NCBI GenBank assembly: GCA_039714255.1
Contig: JBDLJQ010000003.1
Location: 9,191 to 73,190 of the forward strand
Direction of reading: 5' to 3'
DNA: 64,000 bases
From: Acidobacteriota bacterium
Lineage (GTDB): Bacteria > Acidobacteriota > Aminicenantia > UBA2199
Part shown: positions 1 to 8,329 of the stretch, in pieces
Layout of the letters: each line of letters starts with the position of its first letter
Numbering within the stretch: the stretch's first letter is position 1
Program-made: the position numbers and the translations under genes
The notes under the pieces: generated by a model
What the model was told of the DNA's origin: nothing
Seen by the model: only the letters and a program-made list of their open reading frames with translations
Databases searched by the model: none

Positions 1-623
1 ATTATGGAGTTTTCAAACTCACTATTCTCAAAATAGTGATCACCGATTTTAAGTTTAATATCTGTTAGTTCCGGAGAATAATAAGATGCTTCCTTGAGAT
101 TATTCACATAATTATCACTCTCGCCTTTCTGAAGGAATTCTTCTGCTTTTTTTAAATATATTTGTGTTTCAGTAGATTTAATAAATTCATATCTTACTTT
201 TATCCATGGATTTTCCGGATATTTCGAAAGTAAATTTGAATATATCAGGAAAGCATCTTTTTTTTCTTCTAAAACCTCATGAATTGTTGCTAATCCGGCA
301 GATGCCTGAAAATCATCAGGCTCTATTTCAAGAGATTTATTAAAGTTTCTTTTTGACATACCAAATTTTCTTTTCATCAGATAAACATATCCGAAAGCTG
401 TATAAAGTTTTTTATCACTGGAATTACTTTGTCTGAAATTTTCATATGCAAGATCTACTTTACCCTCTTTCAGGTTAGCCCATCCATCTTTAAAAAAAGG
501 GTCACTATAATCAGTGTTGTCAATATCAGGTATATTAATATTTATCAATTCTCTCTTTCCCGCTGTACATCCTGATAAAATAATGATTGTTATAATTATA
601 AGTAGTTGAAAATATAATTTCAT
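1..623 (-). CDS. TPR-repeat lipoprotein, partial. The 5' end is in the window; the gene runs past coordinate 1.
   Basis: Reverse-strand ATG at 623-621 opens a frame that stays open to position 1. N-terminus MKLYFQLLIIITIIILSGC is a signal peptide with a lipobox Cys; the rest is helical TPR-like repeats (YTAFGYVYLMKRKFGMSKRNFNKSLEIEP...). Not in the ORF track because there is no stop in the window. Its start overlaps the hflX stop (ATGA). Confidence 0.55.
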   Translation of the reverse strand, partial: MKLYFQLLIIITIIILSGCTAGKRELININIPDIDNTDYSDPFFKDGWANLKEGKVDLAYENFRQSNSSDKKLYTAFGYVYLMKRKFGMSKRNFNKSLEIEPDDFQASAGLATIHEVLEEKKDAFLIYSNLLSKYPENPWIKVRYEFIKSTETQIYLKKAEEFLQKGESDNYVNNLKEASYYSPELTDIKLKIGDHYFENSEFENSI

Positions 624-1882
624 TTCTTTTCTCCTTCAATTGACGATCTGAATTTTAACATTTTTTCATTACTAGACAAAACTTCAAGGTGTACAACATT
701 TTTTTCATATTTAATTTTACTAACTATTGCCCACTTTTTAATATTATCAATCTTTATATCTTTTGCAGGAAATGTAATATTAAACTTTTTAAAATCACTG
801 AAATAGGCATTAAATATTTTTTTTTTTAAGTCATTTATTCCCGTTTTATTCTTTGCAGATACATATGAATAGCTGACAGCCATTGGGTCAATTTTAGCGG
901 CAAAATTTCCGGTTATCTCATTCTTATCAGTTTTATTGTATACCTCAATGATCTTTTTGTTTTTAATGTTCATTTGGTGTAAAACTTTGTATACCTCTTT
1001 TTTATGGCTAAAATGATTTTCATCGGAAATATCTATAACGATCAATATTATATCTGACTCCATCACCTCTTCAAGTGTTGCCTGGAATGATTGAAGCACC
1101 TCTTCCGGCATATCCCTTATAAAACCCACAGTATCTGACAATAAAAAATAGTATCCGTTTCCATTTTCTTCGAGTTCAACTCTTCTCATTAGTGGATCCA
1201 GTGTTGAAAAAAGCTGGTTTGTTACAAAAACATTTTCATTTGCCAATGTATTAAAAAGAGTTGATTTTCCGGCAGAAGTATAACCGACAAGAGAAACAAC
1301 AGGTGCAGGATCTGATTTTCTCTCTTTTCTCTGTAATTCCCTGTTCTTTCTTACTTTGATCAGTTTTTTCTTTATAATAGAGATCCTTTTATTAATAGTT
1401 CTCCTGTCAACCTCAAGTTTGGTCTCTCCGGGCCCTCGCGTCCCGATACCACCCCCGAGCCTGGAAAGTTCGATCCCCTTTCCGGTTAATCTTGGAAGTA
1501 AATAGAGCAACTGAGCAAGTTCAACCTGCAGTTTCCCTTCAAGCGACCTTGCTCTTAAGGCAAAAATATCAAGTATAAGCCTTGTCCTGTCTATTACTTT
1601 TATATTAAGATAATTCTCAATATTTCTTTGCTGAATATTTGATAAAGGATTATAAAATAATAACATATCAAATTTCTCATCAAGTAATGCTAATTTTAAT
1701 TCTTCAATTTTACCTTTTCCCAGCAAAAATCTTTTGTCCTGCTTTTCTTTTTTTTGATATATAATTTTTTTTGAAATACCACCTGCACTATTTACAAGTG
1801 AATCAAGTTCCATGAAAACTGAATTTATTTCATCATCTTTATGCTCATTTTTAAATAATCCTGCTAAAAGAACTTTTTCCAT
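620..1882 (-). CDS. hflX: GTPase HflX
   Basis: HflX N-terminal domain plus G domain: G1 GYTSAGKST, G3 DTVGF, G4 NKTD, with a C-terminal extension. One nt downstream of miaA (conserved miaA-hflX linkage). TGA stop. Confidence 0.9.
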   Translation of the reverse strand: MEKVLLAGLFKNEHKDDEINSVFMELDSLVNSAGGISKKIIYQKKEKQDKRFLLGKGKIEELKLALLDEKFDMLLFYNPLSNIQQRNIENYLNIKVIDRTRLILDIFALRARSLEGKLQVELAQLLYLLPRLTGKGIELSRLGGGIGTRGPGETKLEVDRRTINKRISIIKKKLIKVRKNRELQRKERKSDPAPVVSLVGYTSAGKSTLFNTLANENVFVTNQLFSTLDPLMRRVELEENGNGYYFLLSDTVGFIRDMPEEVLQSFQATLEEVMESDIILIVIDISDENHFSHKKEVYKVLHQMNIKNKKIIEVYNKTDKNEITGNFAAKIDPMAVSYSYVSAKNKTGINDLKKKIFNAYFSDFKKFNITFPAKDIKIDNIKKWAIVSKIKYEKNVVHLEVLSSNEKMLKFRSSIEGEKK

Positions 1883-1883
1883 T

Positions 1884-2795
1884 TTAATAACTCAATTTTT
1901 CTTTAATAAACTTTAAGATCTCTTTAATATCATCCGGACCGAACCAGTTGATATCCTTTTCCTTCCTGAACCATGTCAATTGTCTCTTTGCATAATTCCG
2001 TGAATGCTGCTTTATCAATTCAACAGCTTGATCTTCACTCATCTTTTTATCAAAATACATTAAAATTTCCTTGTATCCTATTGATTTGAACGGGGGGCAG
2101 TTTATACCATAAATATCCTTCAGATATTTTGTTTCCTCAATCAATCCTCTTTTAATCATTTTATCTACCCTGTTATTAATTTTCTCATATATCCTGTCTC
2201 TAGGTAATATTAATCCTATACGTATGAAATTATAATCGTTGAATGAACTAACGGTCCTTTTAAATATTGAACTTGGAGGTATACCATTGTTATAAAATAT
2301 CTCCAATCCCCGAATTATTCTAATCCTGTCATTTTTTCCTATCTTTATTGCGTAAGCCGGATCAATATGATTAAGCTTGTTCCATAAAAGTTCATATCCG
2401 CTTTTCTCACCTATTTTTTTTAATTTTTCCCTGCTTATCCGTTTATTTTTATTTTCAGGAAATATCCCGTTTATCATAGACCCTAAATAAAGTGCAGTTC
2501 CTCCGCAAATTACTGGTATTTTTCCTTCTTTTATTAAATTTTCTGAAATATTGTGGGAAAGCTCCAGAAATTTTGTAACATTGAACTGGGAACAATCTTT
2601 CAGAATATCTATCAAATGGTGATAAATACCGTTTTTGTCTTCTTCATTTATTTTGGCCGTTCCGATATTAAAATCTTCATATACCTGAATTGAGTCTGCA
2701 GATATTATCTCTCCATTGATCTCTTTTGCAATACAAACAGAAACAGAAGACTTACCAATTCCTGTGGGGCCAAGGACCTGAATAATATTTTTCAT
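1884..2795 (-). CDS. miaA: tRNA dimethylallyltransferase (tRNA isopentenyltransferase)
   Basis: P-loop GPTGIGKS at the N-terminus and an IPP-transferase fold (ADSIQVY..., LIEE.., QLTWFRK). About 300 aa, typical for MiaA. Confidence 0.9.
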   Translation of the reverse strand: MKNIIQVLGPTGIGKSSVSVCIAKEINGEIISADSIQVYEDFNIGTAKINEEDKNGIYHHLIDILKDCSQFNVTKFLELSHNISENLIKEGKIPVICGGTALYLGSMINGIFPENKNKRISREKLKKIGEKSGYELLWNKLNHIDPAYAIKIGKNDRIRIIRGLEIFYNNGIPPSSIFKRTVSSFNDYNFIRIGLILPRDRIYEKINNRVDKMIKRGLIEETKYLKDIYGINCPPFKSIGYKEILMYFDKKMSEDQAVELIKQHSRNYAKRQLTWFRKEKDINWFGPDDIKEILKFIKEKLSY

Positions 2796-2876
2796 TTATT
2801 TAATATTAATATTACATAAAAAAAAACAGTAATATGAAGAGTAAAATCATAAATAACACCTGTTTTTTTAACAAAT

Positions 2877-3995
2877 TCAGCTTTTTATTCCTTTGATCCA
2901 TTTTAATATCTGGTGTTCAAACTCTATTCCGAGATTTTTTTTAACAGCATAAATTTCAGCATATAATATTTCTTCCAGCCCTCTCATGAAATTAGTAATA
3001 GTGGTTTCAAAATCATAATACCAGACTTTTTTCAGAACCGAGTTGTCTTTCAGTTTTCCATCTTTTTCCAGTTCTGCATTTTTAAGATAGGAAGGCAGAT
3101 TATCTTTTATATCTTCAATTGACCTTGACAGGATTGATAATGATATCGGCCCGATCTCCTTTGACAATACTTTGTATATCATCTCATATTTCAGATTATA
3201 GTGTTTTAGTGCCTCTTCATAAGAGTGAAATGTTTTTGCAGATATTTGCTCCTGGTCTGAACTTCCGGATTTTTTTTCAATTTCATTCTTATCAATGGAT
3301 ATTACCTGCAAAAGTTTAAACATATACAATATTTTTAGTGTGTCATTTTCTGACAATTCACTCATCTTTAAAATAGTTTCAACATCAGTAAATTTTTTCA
3401 ACAGGTCAAGAATATGTTTTTCATAGGATTTTAATTCTATCATTTCCATTATTTCTTTTTTAAAAAAAAACATATTCTTAAAATGTGAGGTTTTTTCCTT
3501 TATGGTCACATAATCTTTATTATTCCTGATCCCATCCACAAGAAATTGTAGAATATGATAGTCCAGGATAATATTTTCATCGCTTTTTTTATATTCTTTT
3601 CTAATATGATATTCACCTTTATTTTCAAAAAATATTGATTGAGAGAGCCATTTTAAATGTTCTTCAACCCAGTACCAGAGTTGATCATAATTAAAAACAC
3701 CTTTCTCAACAAGTATTTTACCCAGTCTTTTACCATTCTTTTTCTTCTTTGAACCTGTTTCTTTATAAATATCTTCTGAAATTATATCCCTGGAAAATAA
3801 AAAAGTCCCAAGGTTATCTTTCAAATTATCTGATGAAGCAAAGACGATCTTCCCATTCTCAATAAAAATCTCTTTTTGTGATGTGTCTGTCTTTATTATT
3901 AGAGAACAAAATATATTTTCTTTATAGATATAATGAATAATTTCCGGAAGAAATACTTCAGATAAATTACCACTGGAGTTCAAAAAACCATTCAT
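2877..3995 (-). CDS. DUF4388 (PatA-N/PATAN-like) domain protein, function unknown
   Basis: N-terminal region GNLSEVFLPEIIHYIYKENIFCSLIIKTDTSQKEIFIENGKIVFASS...LGTFLF matches the DUF4388 pattern (G-D/N-L-x-E-x-x-L-P-[DE]-[LI]-[LI], ...G.IYF.NG.IV.A). The rest is helical with no recognisable catalytic motif. Confidence 0.6.
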   Translation of the reverse strand: MNGFLNSSGNLSEVFLPEIIHYIYKENIFCSLIIKTDTSQKEIFIENGKIVFASSDNLKDNLGTFLFSRDIISEDIYKETGSKKKKNGKRLGKILVEKGVFNYDQLWYWVEEHLKWLSQSIFFENKGEYHIRKEYKKSDENIILDYHILQFLVDGIRNNKDYVTIKEKTSHFKNMFFFKKEIMEMIELKSYEKHILDLLKKFTDVETILKMSELSENDTLKILYMFKLLQVISIDKNEIEKKSGSSDQEQISAKTFHSYEEALKHYNLKYEMIYKVLSKEIGPISLSILSRSIEDIKDNLPSYLKNAELEKDGKLKDNSVLKKVWYYDFETTITNFMRGLEEILYAEIYAVKKNLGIEFEHQILKWIKGIKS

Positions 3996-5470
3996 TAATT
4001 CTTTTCTTCTGATATATTATCACGGTTTTTCACAATATCCCTTGCTTCTTCTATTTTGTGGAGCATTTCCTTTGAAACATCTCCTGTAGGATAGATCCCA
4101 TTGAAGCATGCCTTGCAAAAAGATTTTATATTTTTATTCTGAGACCTGACAGCTGCCTCCATTTCCTTTATATCCTGGTAAATAACTTTATCTGCATTGA
4201 TCTTTATTGCTATCTGTTCGGGAGTTGAATTTAATGCAATAAATTCCCCTCTGGTCTGCATATCGATCCCATAAACACACGGGTTTGTTAATGGTGCGGA
4301 ATAAGAACTGAAATAAACTTTTTTTGCACCTGCATCCCTGACCATTTGAACAATAGACCTTGAAGTATTCCCCCTGACAATGGAATCATCAACTATCAGA
4401 ACATTTTTTCCATCGAATACTTCTCTGATTGGATTAAGTTTATGATGAATGGACTTTTTTCTTATCTTATCACCAGGCATAATAAATGTTCTTCCAATAT
4501 ACCTGTTCTTAACCAACCCTTCTCTGTATTTGATCTTTAATAATCTTGCTATCTCAATTGCAGCAGCTCTGGCAGAATCAGGAACGGGAACAACCACATC
4601 AATATCAAGTTCAGCCTTTCTTATTTTTTTTACAAGTGCCTTTCCAAGTTCAACCCTTGATTTATAAACATTTATTTTATTTAGATAAGAATCAGGCCTT
4701 GCAAAATATATATATTCAAATATACATGGGCGGTGAGGTTTTTTCAGTATCCGCTTTTTATAAATATCCCTTTTTGAATCGATAAAAACAGCTTCACCTG
4801 GTTCGAGGTCCCGTGTCTCATTAAATCCCATAACATCAAGTGCAACACTCTCTGAGGCAAATGCAAATGAAGGTATTAGTTTATCCTTATTGATCCCGAA
4901 AAGAAGCGGCCTCAGGCCAAAGGGATCTCTGAAACCTACCATCCCTTTTCCTGCAATATAAAAAACTACGGAATAACTGCCTTTAACTTTTTTATATATA
5001 TATCTGACAGCATTAAAGATAATATCCGGAGTGATCTCTTTTACTTTCATCTTTTCCAGGTAATCAGCAAATACGTTCAGTATGATCTCCATATCTGAAT
5101 TTGAATTTATAACCCTGAATGATTGTTCAAATAATTCTGTTTTCAGTTCAGAAAAATTTGTGACATTACCATTGTGAGCACCGGCGATTCCAAATGGCGT
5201 ATTTACCCAGTATGGCTGCGAATCCTCTATGGAACCTTCTCCTATTGTGGGATATCTTGTGTGTGCGATACCCACATTACCGGTTAACCGTGATATATTG
5301 CGGTGATCAAATATATCACGAATTAAACCATTCCCCTTTTTAAGGTGAAATTTTCCGTCAAAAGTAAGCATTCCGGAAGAGTCCTGCCCTCTGTGTTGAA
5401 TCGTTAAAATTGAGTTATATAACTTTGGTATTACTTCTTCACTATCGAATATTCCAATTACTCCGCACAT
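3995..5470 (-). CDS. purF: Amidophosphoribosyltransferase (glutamine PRPP amidotransferase)
   Basis: N-terminal MCGVIG (Cys1 nucleophile of an Ntn-type GATase), PRTase motif VLIVDDSIVRGNTS, and a C-terminal Cys cluster (CKACFNG) consistent with an Fe-S type PurF. Confidence 0.92.
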   Translation of the reverse strand: MCGVIGIFDSEEVIPKLYNSILTIQHRGQDSSGMLTFDGKFHLKKGNGLIRDIFDHRNISRLTGNVGIAHTRYPTIGEGSIEDSQPYWVNTPFGIAGAHNGNVTNFSELKTELFEQSFRVINSNSDMEIILNVFADYLEKMKVKEITPDIIFNAVRYIYKKVKGSYSVVFYIAGKGMVGFRDPFGLRPLLFGINKDKLIPSFAFASESVALDVMGFNETRDLEPGEAVFIDSKRDIYKKRILKKPHRPCIFEYIYFARPDSYLNKINVYKSRVELGKALVKKIRKAELDIDVVVPVPDSARAAAIEIARLLKIKYREGLVKNRYIGRTFIMPGDKIRKKSIHHKLNPIREVFDGKNVLIVDDSIVRGNTSRSIVQMVRDAGAKKVYFSSYSAPLTNPCVYGIDMQTRGEFIALNSTPEQIAIKINADKVIYQDIKEMEAAVRSQNKNIKSFCKACFNGIYPTGDVSKEMLHKIEEARDIVKNRDNISEEKN

Positions 5471-5617
5471 TTTGAATTTATAACTTGAAACCCGATAAAA
5501 GTCAATATATTGTGAATGATTAGAAATACTTTTTTTGCAAATAATTATTTATAATTAAAATCAAAGAGATTATTCGTTCCCATTTATTTATTTGCTTCCC
5601 TGTGATAGAATCTCGCT

Positions 5618-6115
5618 GTGAAAGAATTAAAGATAGCTATAATATCTGACAGCCATGACAATACAAAAAGTTTAAAAACTGCTGTCAAAATTGCCAATGA
5701 GCATAAATGTTCATATTTTTTTCACCTTGGTGATATCGTATCTCCATACAGTGCAAAATTTCTTGGTAAATTTAATGGAGTTGTAAAAGGAGTGTTTGGA
5801 AATTGTGATGGTGACAGGGTTGAACTTACCAGGGTTTTTAATAATTTTGGCGGAGAGATAAACAATCCCCCTTATAAATTCAGTATTGACGGTAAATCTT
5901 TTGTTCTTATGCATGAACCCTACCTCCTTGAAGAAATTATTAAATCCAGCGAGTTTGATTATGTTTTTTATGGCCATCTTCATAAAGTTGACAAAAGGAA
6001 GATAGGAAAGACAAATGTTCTTAACCCCGGAGAATCTTCCGGTTTTAAAAAAATATCAAATTTTTTTATTATGGACCTTTTTACCAATAACTTTGAAAAG
6101 TTTGAAATACAATAG
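5618..6115 (+). CDS. Metallophosphoesterase, YfcE/MJ0936 family phosphodiesterase
   Basis: Calcineurin-like motifs DSHDN, GD(I), GNCD, GHLH, about 165 aa. GTG start. Divergent from purF. Confidence 0.8.
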   Translation: MKELKIAIISDSHDNTKSLKTAVKIANEHKCSYFFHLGDIVSPYSAKFLGKFNGVVKGVFGNCDGDRVELTRVFNNFGGEINNPPYKFSIDGKSFVLMHEPYLLEEIIKSSEFDYVFYGHLHKVDKRKIGKTNVLNPGESSGFKKISNFFIMDLFTNNFEKFEIQ

Positions 6116-6141
6116 ATGCTTTATTTAACAGGATTAATGAA

Positions 6142-7356
6142 ATGAAAATGATCATATTTACAACCTTATCCTTTATCACCATAATATTTTATATGCTTGA
6201 AATAAGCTTTCGCAGTTTTTCCAAGATTTCCCTGGCAGGTTTTCTTGATGATATAGAGTCAAAAAAAGGTGACCAGTCACATTTAATAAAGAATTATGAG
6301 ATAACCCTGAACTCATTCCGCTCATTCTCTTTTTTCCTTCAGTTATCTCTGTTTATTTATTCATTTTTCCTGTTTGAAAAACTATTTGTCAATAAGTTTT
6401 ACCTTGTTGCAGCCCTTATTTTTCTATTTCTGTTTATTTTTGATTTTCTTTTATACTCTTTTTCTTTTTTTTATAAAGAATTTTTACTGGAAAAACTAAT
6501 GTTTCTGCAGGTTATTCCGGGAATATTCTTTTTCCCGGCAAATTTCATTTTTTCATTTTTTTTAAACAAAAAACTCCTTTTAAAGGAACCTGATACAGAT
6601 GATCTTAGTGAAAAAGAACTTGAGGTTTTTTTTGAGGAAGGCCGAAAAGAAGGTGTAATTGAGAAAGAAGATAAAGAGATGATAGAAAGTGTACTTGAGT
6701 TTGGAGACACACTTGTTAAAGAGATCATGACCCCCAGGGTAGATATGATCTATGTTGAAAAAAATGTAGTAATTAAGGAGCTTGTAAATAAAGTAAAAAA
6801 ATTTAAAAAATCAAGGTACCCGGTTATTTCTGAAAAAATAGATAATATAGTTGGAATAATATTGTCAAAGGATATATTTAATTATTGGAATAAAAATGGT
6901 TTTAATATTGAAAAGATCATACGGAAACCTTTTTTTATCCCCGAAACAATGAGGGTCCTGGAACTATTAAAAGAATTGCAAAGGTCCAGGCAAAAATTTG
7001 CTGTTGTTGTTGATGAATTCGGAGGTGTTTCCGGTGTTGTAACAATGGAAGATATCATTGAAGAGATCGTCGGAGAGATCCAGGATGAATATGATGAAGA
7101 TGTAGAGCAAATTGTAAAAGAGAAAGATTTTTATTTAATAAAAGGTGATACAGATATTTATGAGCTCAGTGAAACTCTCGGTATGGAGATCAAGGAAGAA
7201 GATGATTATCAGACAGTTTCAGGGCTGATAAGCTTTAAACTTGGAAAAATTCCAAAAAGAAATGAAAAAATAAAAATTAATGACCATATATTTCAGGTTA
7301 TTGAAATTGAAAAAAACAGAATAAAAAAGGTGAAGATATTTAATGAAAAAAAATAA
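6142..7356 (+). CDS. CNNM/CorC/HlyC-family transporter (DUF21-CBS pair-CorC_HlyC), hemolysin family
   Basis: N-terminal multi-TM DUF21 region, two CBS domains (LVKEIMTPRVDMIYV..., FAVVVDEFGGVSGVVTMEDIIEEIVGEI) and a C-terminal CorC_HlyC transporter-associated domain. Confidence 0.85.
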   Translation: MKMIIFTTLSFITIIFYMLEISFRSFSKISLAGFLDDIESKKGDQSHLIKNYEITLNSFRSFSFFLQLSLFIYSFFLFEKLFVNKFYLVAALIFLFLFIFDFLLYSFSFFYKEFLLEKLMFLQVIPGIFFFPANFIFSFFLNKKLLLKEPDTDDLSEKELEVFFEEGRKEGVIEKEDKEMIESVLEFGDTLVKEIMTPRVDMIYVEKNVVIKELVNKVKKFKKSRYPVISEKIDNIVGIILSKDIFNYWNKNGFNIEKIIRKPFFIPETMRVLELLKELQRSRQKFAVVVDEFGGVSGVVTMEDIIEEIVGEIQDEYDEDVEQIVKEKDFYLIKGDTDIYELSETLGMEIKEEDDYQTVSGLISFKLGKIPKRNEKIKINDHIFQVIEIEKNRIKKVKIFNEKK

Positions 7357-8221
7357 AAATTCAGGTTATGTAGCATTAATAGGCAGAACAAATGCGGGAA
7401 AATCAACTTTCCTTAATTCCATAATGGACACAAAAATATCAATAGTTTCAGATAAACCTCAGACAACAAGAAAACAGATACTGGGGATAAAGACCACCGA
7501 TAGAGGACAAATTGTTTTCTTTGATTCTCCCGGTATCCATAAACCTCAATATAAACTAAATGAAAAGATGATGAAGGATGTCCATAATTCATTAATGGAT
7601 GCAGATATAATCCTTTATTTTATAGACATAAAGCTGAGAGATGAAGATAATTTTATTATTTCACTCTTAAAAGGCAAAAAAAATGTTTTCCTTATTATCA
7701 ATAAAATTGACACCATCAAAAAAAGCAGGATCCTTGATAAAATAGAATCACTAAAAGATTCATTTACATGGAAAGAAATTGTTCCCATATCTGCTCTTGA
7801 AAAAACTAATATTGACCTGGTCGAAGATCTTATTTATAAAAACTTACCGGAAACTGAACATAATTTTTTTGATGATGATGAGTTTACCAGGCAATCAGAA
7901 AAATTCTATGTATCGGAGATGATAAGGGAAAAGGTACTTAATTTTACTGAAAAGGAACTTCCATACACAACCTTTGTACAGACAGAAGAGATAAAAGACA
8001 GGGGAAATGTTGTATATGTCAGATCAGAGATCTATGTTGATAGTTATTCACAAAAAAAAATTGTCGTAGGTAAACAGGGAAACCTGATCAAAAAGATAGG
8101 CGAAACTGCCCGGGTTGACCTTGAAGATTATTTTGAAAAGAAAGTTTTTATAGATCTTTATGTAAAAGTAAGCCCCGGCTGGAGAAATTCACAAAATATA
8201 ATCAAAGAAATTTTTGAATGA
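7343..8221 (+). CDS. era: GTPase Era
   Basis: G1 GRTNAGKST, G3 DSPG, G4 NKID, and a C-terminal KH domain (VVGKQGNLIKKIGETARVDLEDYF). Overlaps the preceding gene by 14 nt. Confidence 0.92.
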   Translation: MKKNKNSGYVALIGRTNAGKSTFLNSIMDTKISIVSDKPQTTRKQILGIKTTDRGQIVFFDSPGIHKPQYKLNEKMMKDVHNSLMDADIILYFIDIKLRDEDNFIISLLKGKKNVFLIINKIDTIKKSRILDKIESLKDSFTWKEIVPISALEKTNIDLVEDLIYKNLPETEHNFFDDDEFTRQSEKFYVSEMIREKVLNFTEKELPYTTFVQTEEIKDRGNVVYVRSEIYVDSYSQKKIVVGKQGNLIKKIGETARVDLEDYFEKKVFIDLYVKVSPGWRNSQNIIKEIFE

Positions 8222-8329
8222 TCTCTTCTTTGAACTCCTGTTAGTGTAAACTTATTGACATATCCGGTAAAATAAGAGAAAATTACCACTATTATACAAG
8301 AGATTAAGACTTGTTCTCTGGAGTAAAAA

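Noticed and set aside
8222-8329. Possible T-box leader upstream of ileS
   Set aside because: The intergenic region is only 108 nt and lacks the conserved T-box sequence and the specifier/antiterminator architecture. More likely just a promoter plus Shine-Dalgarno.
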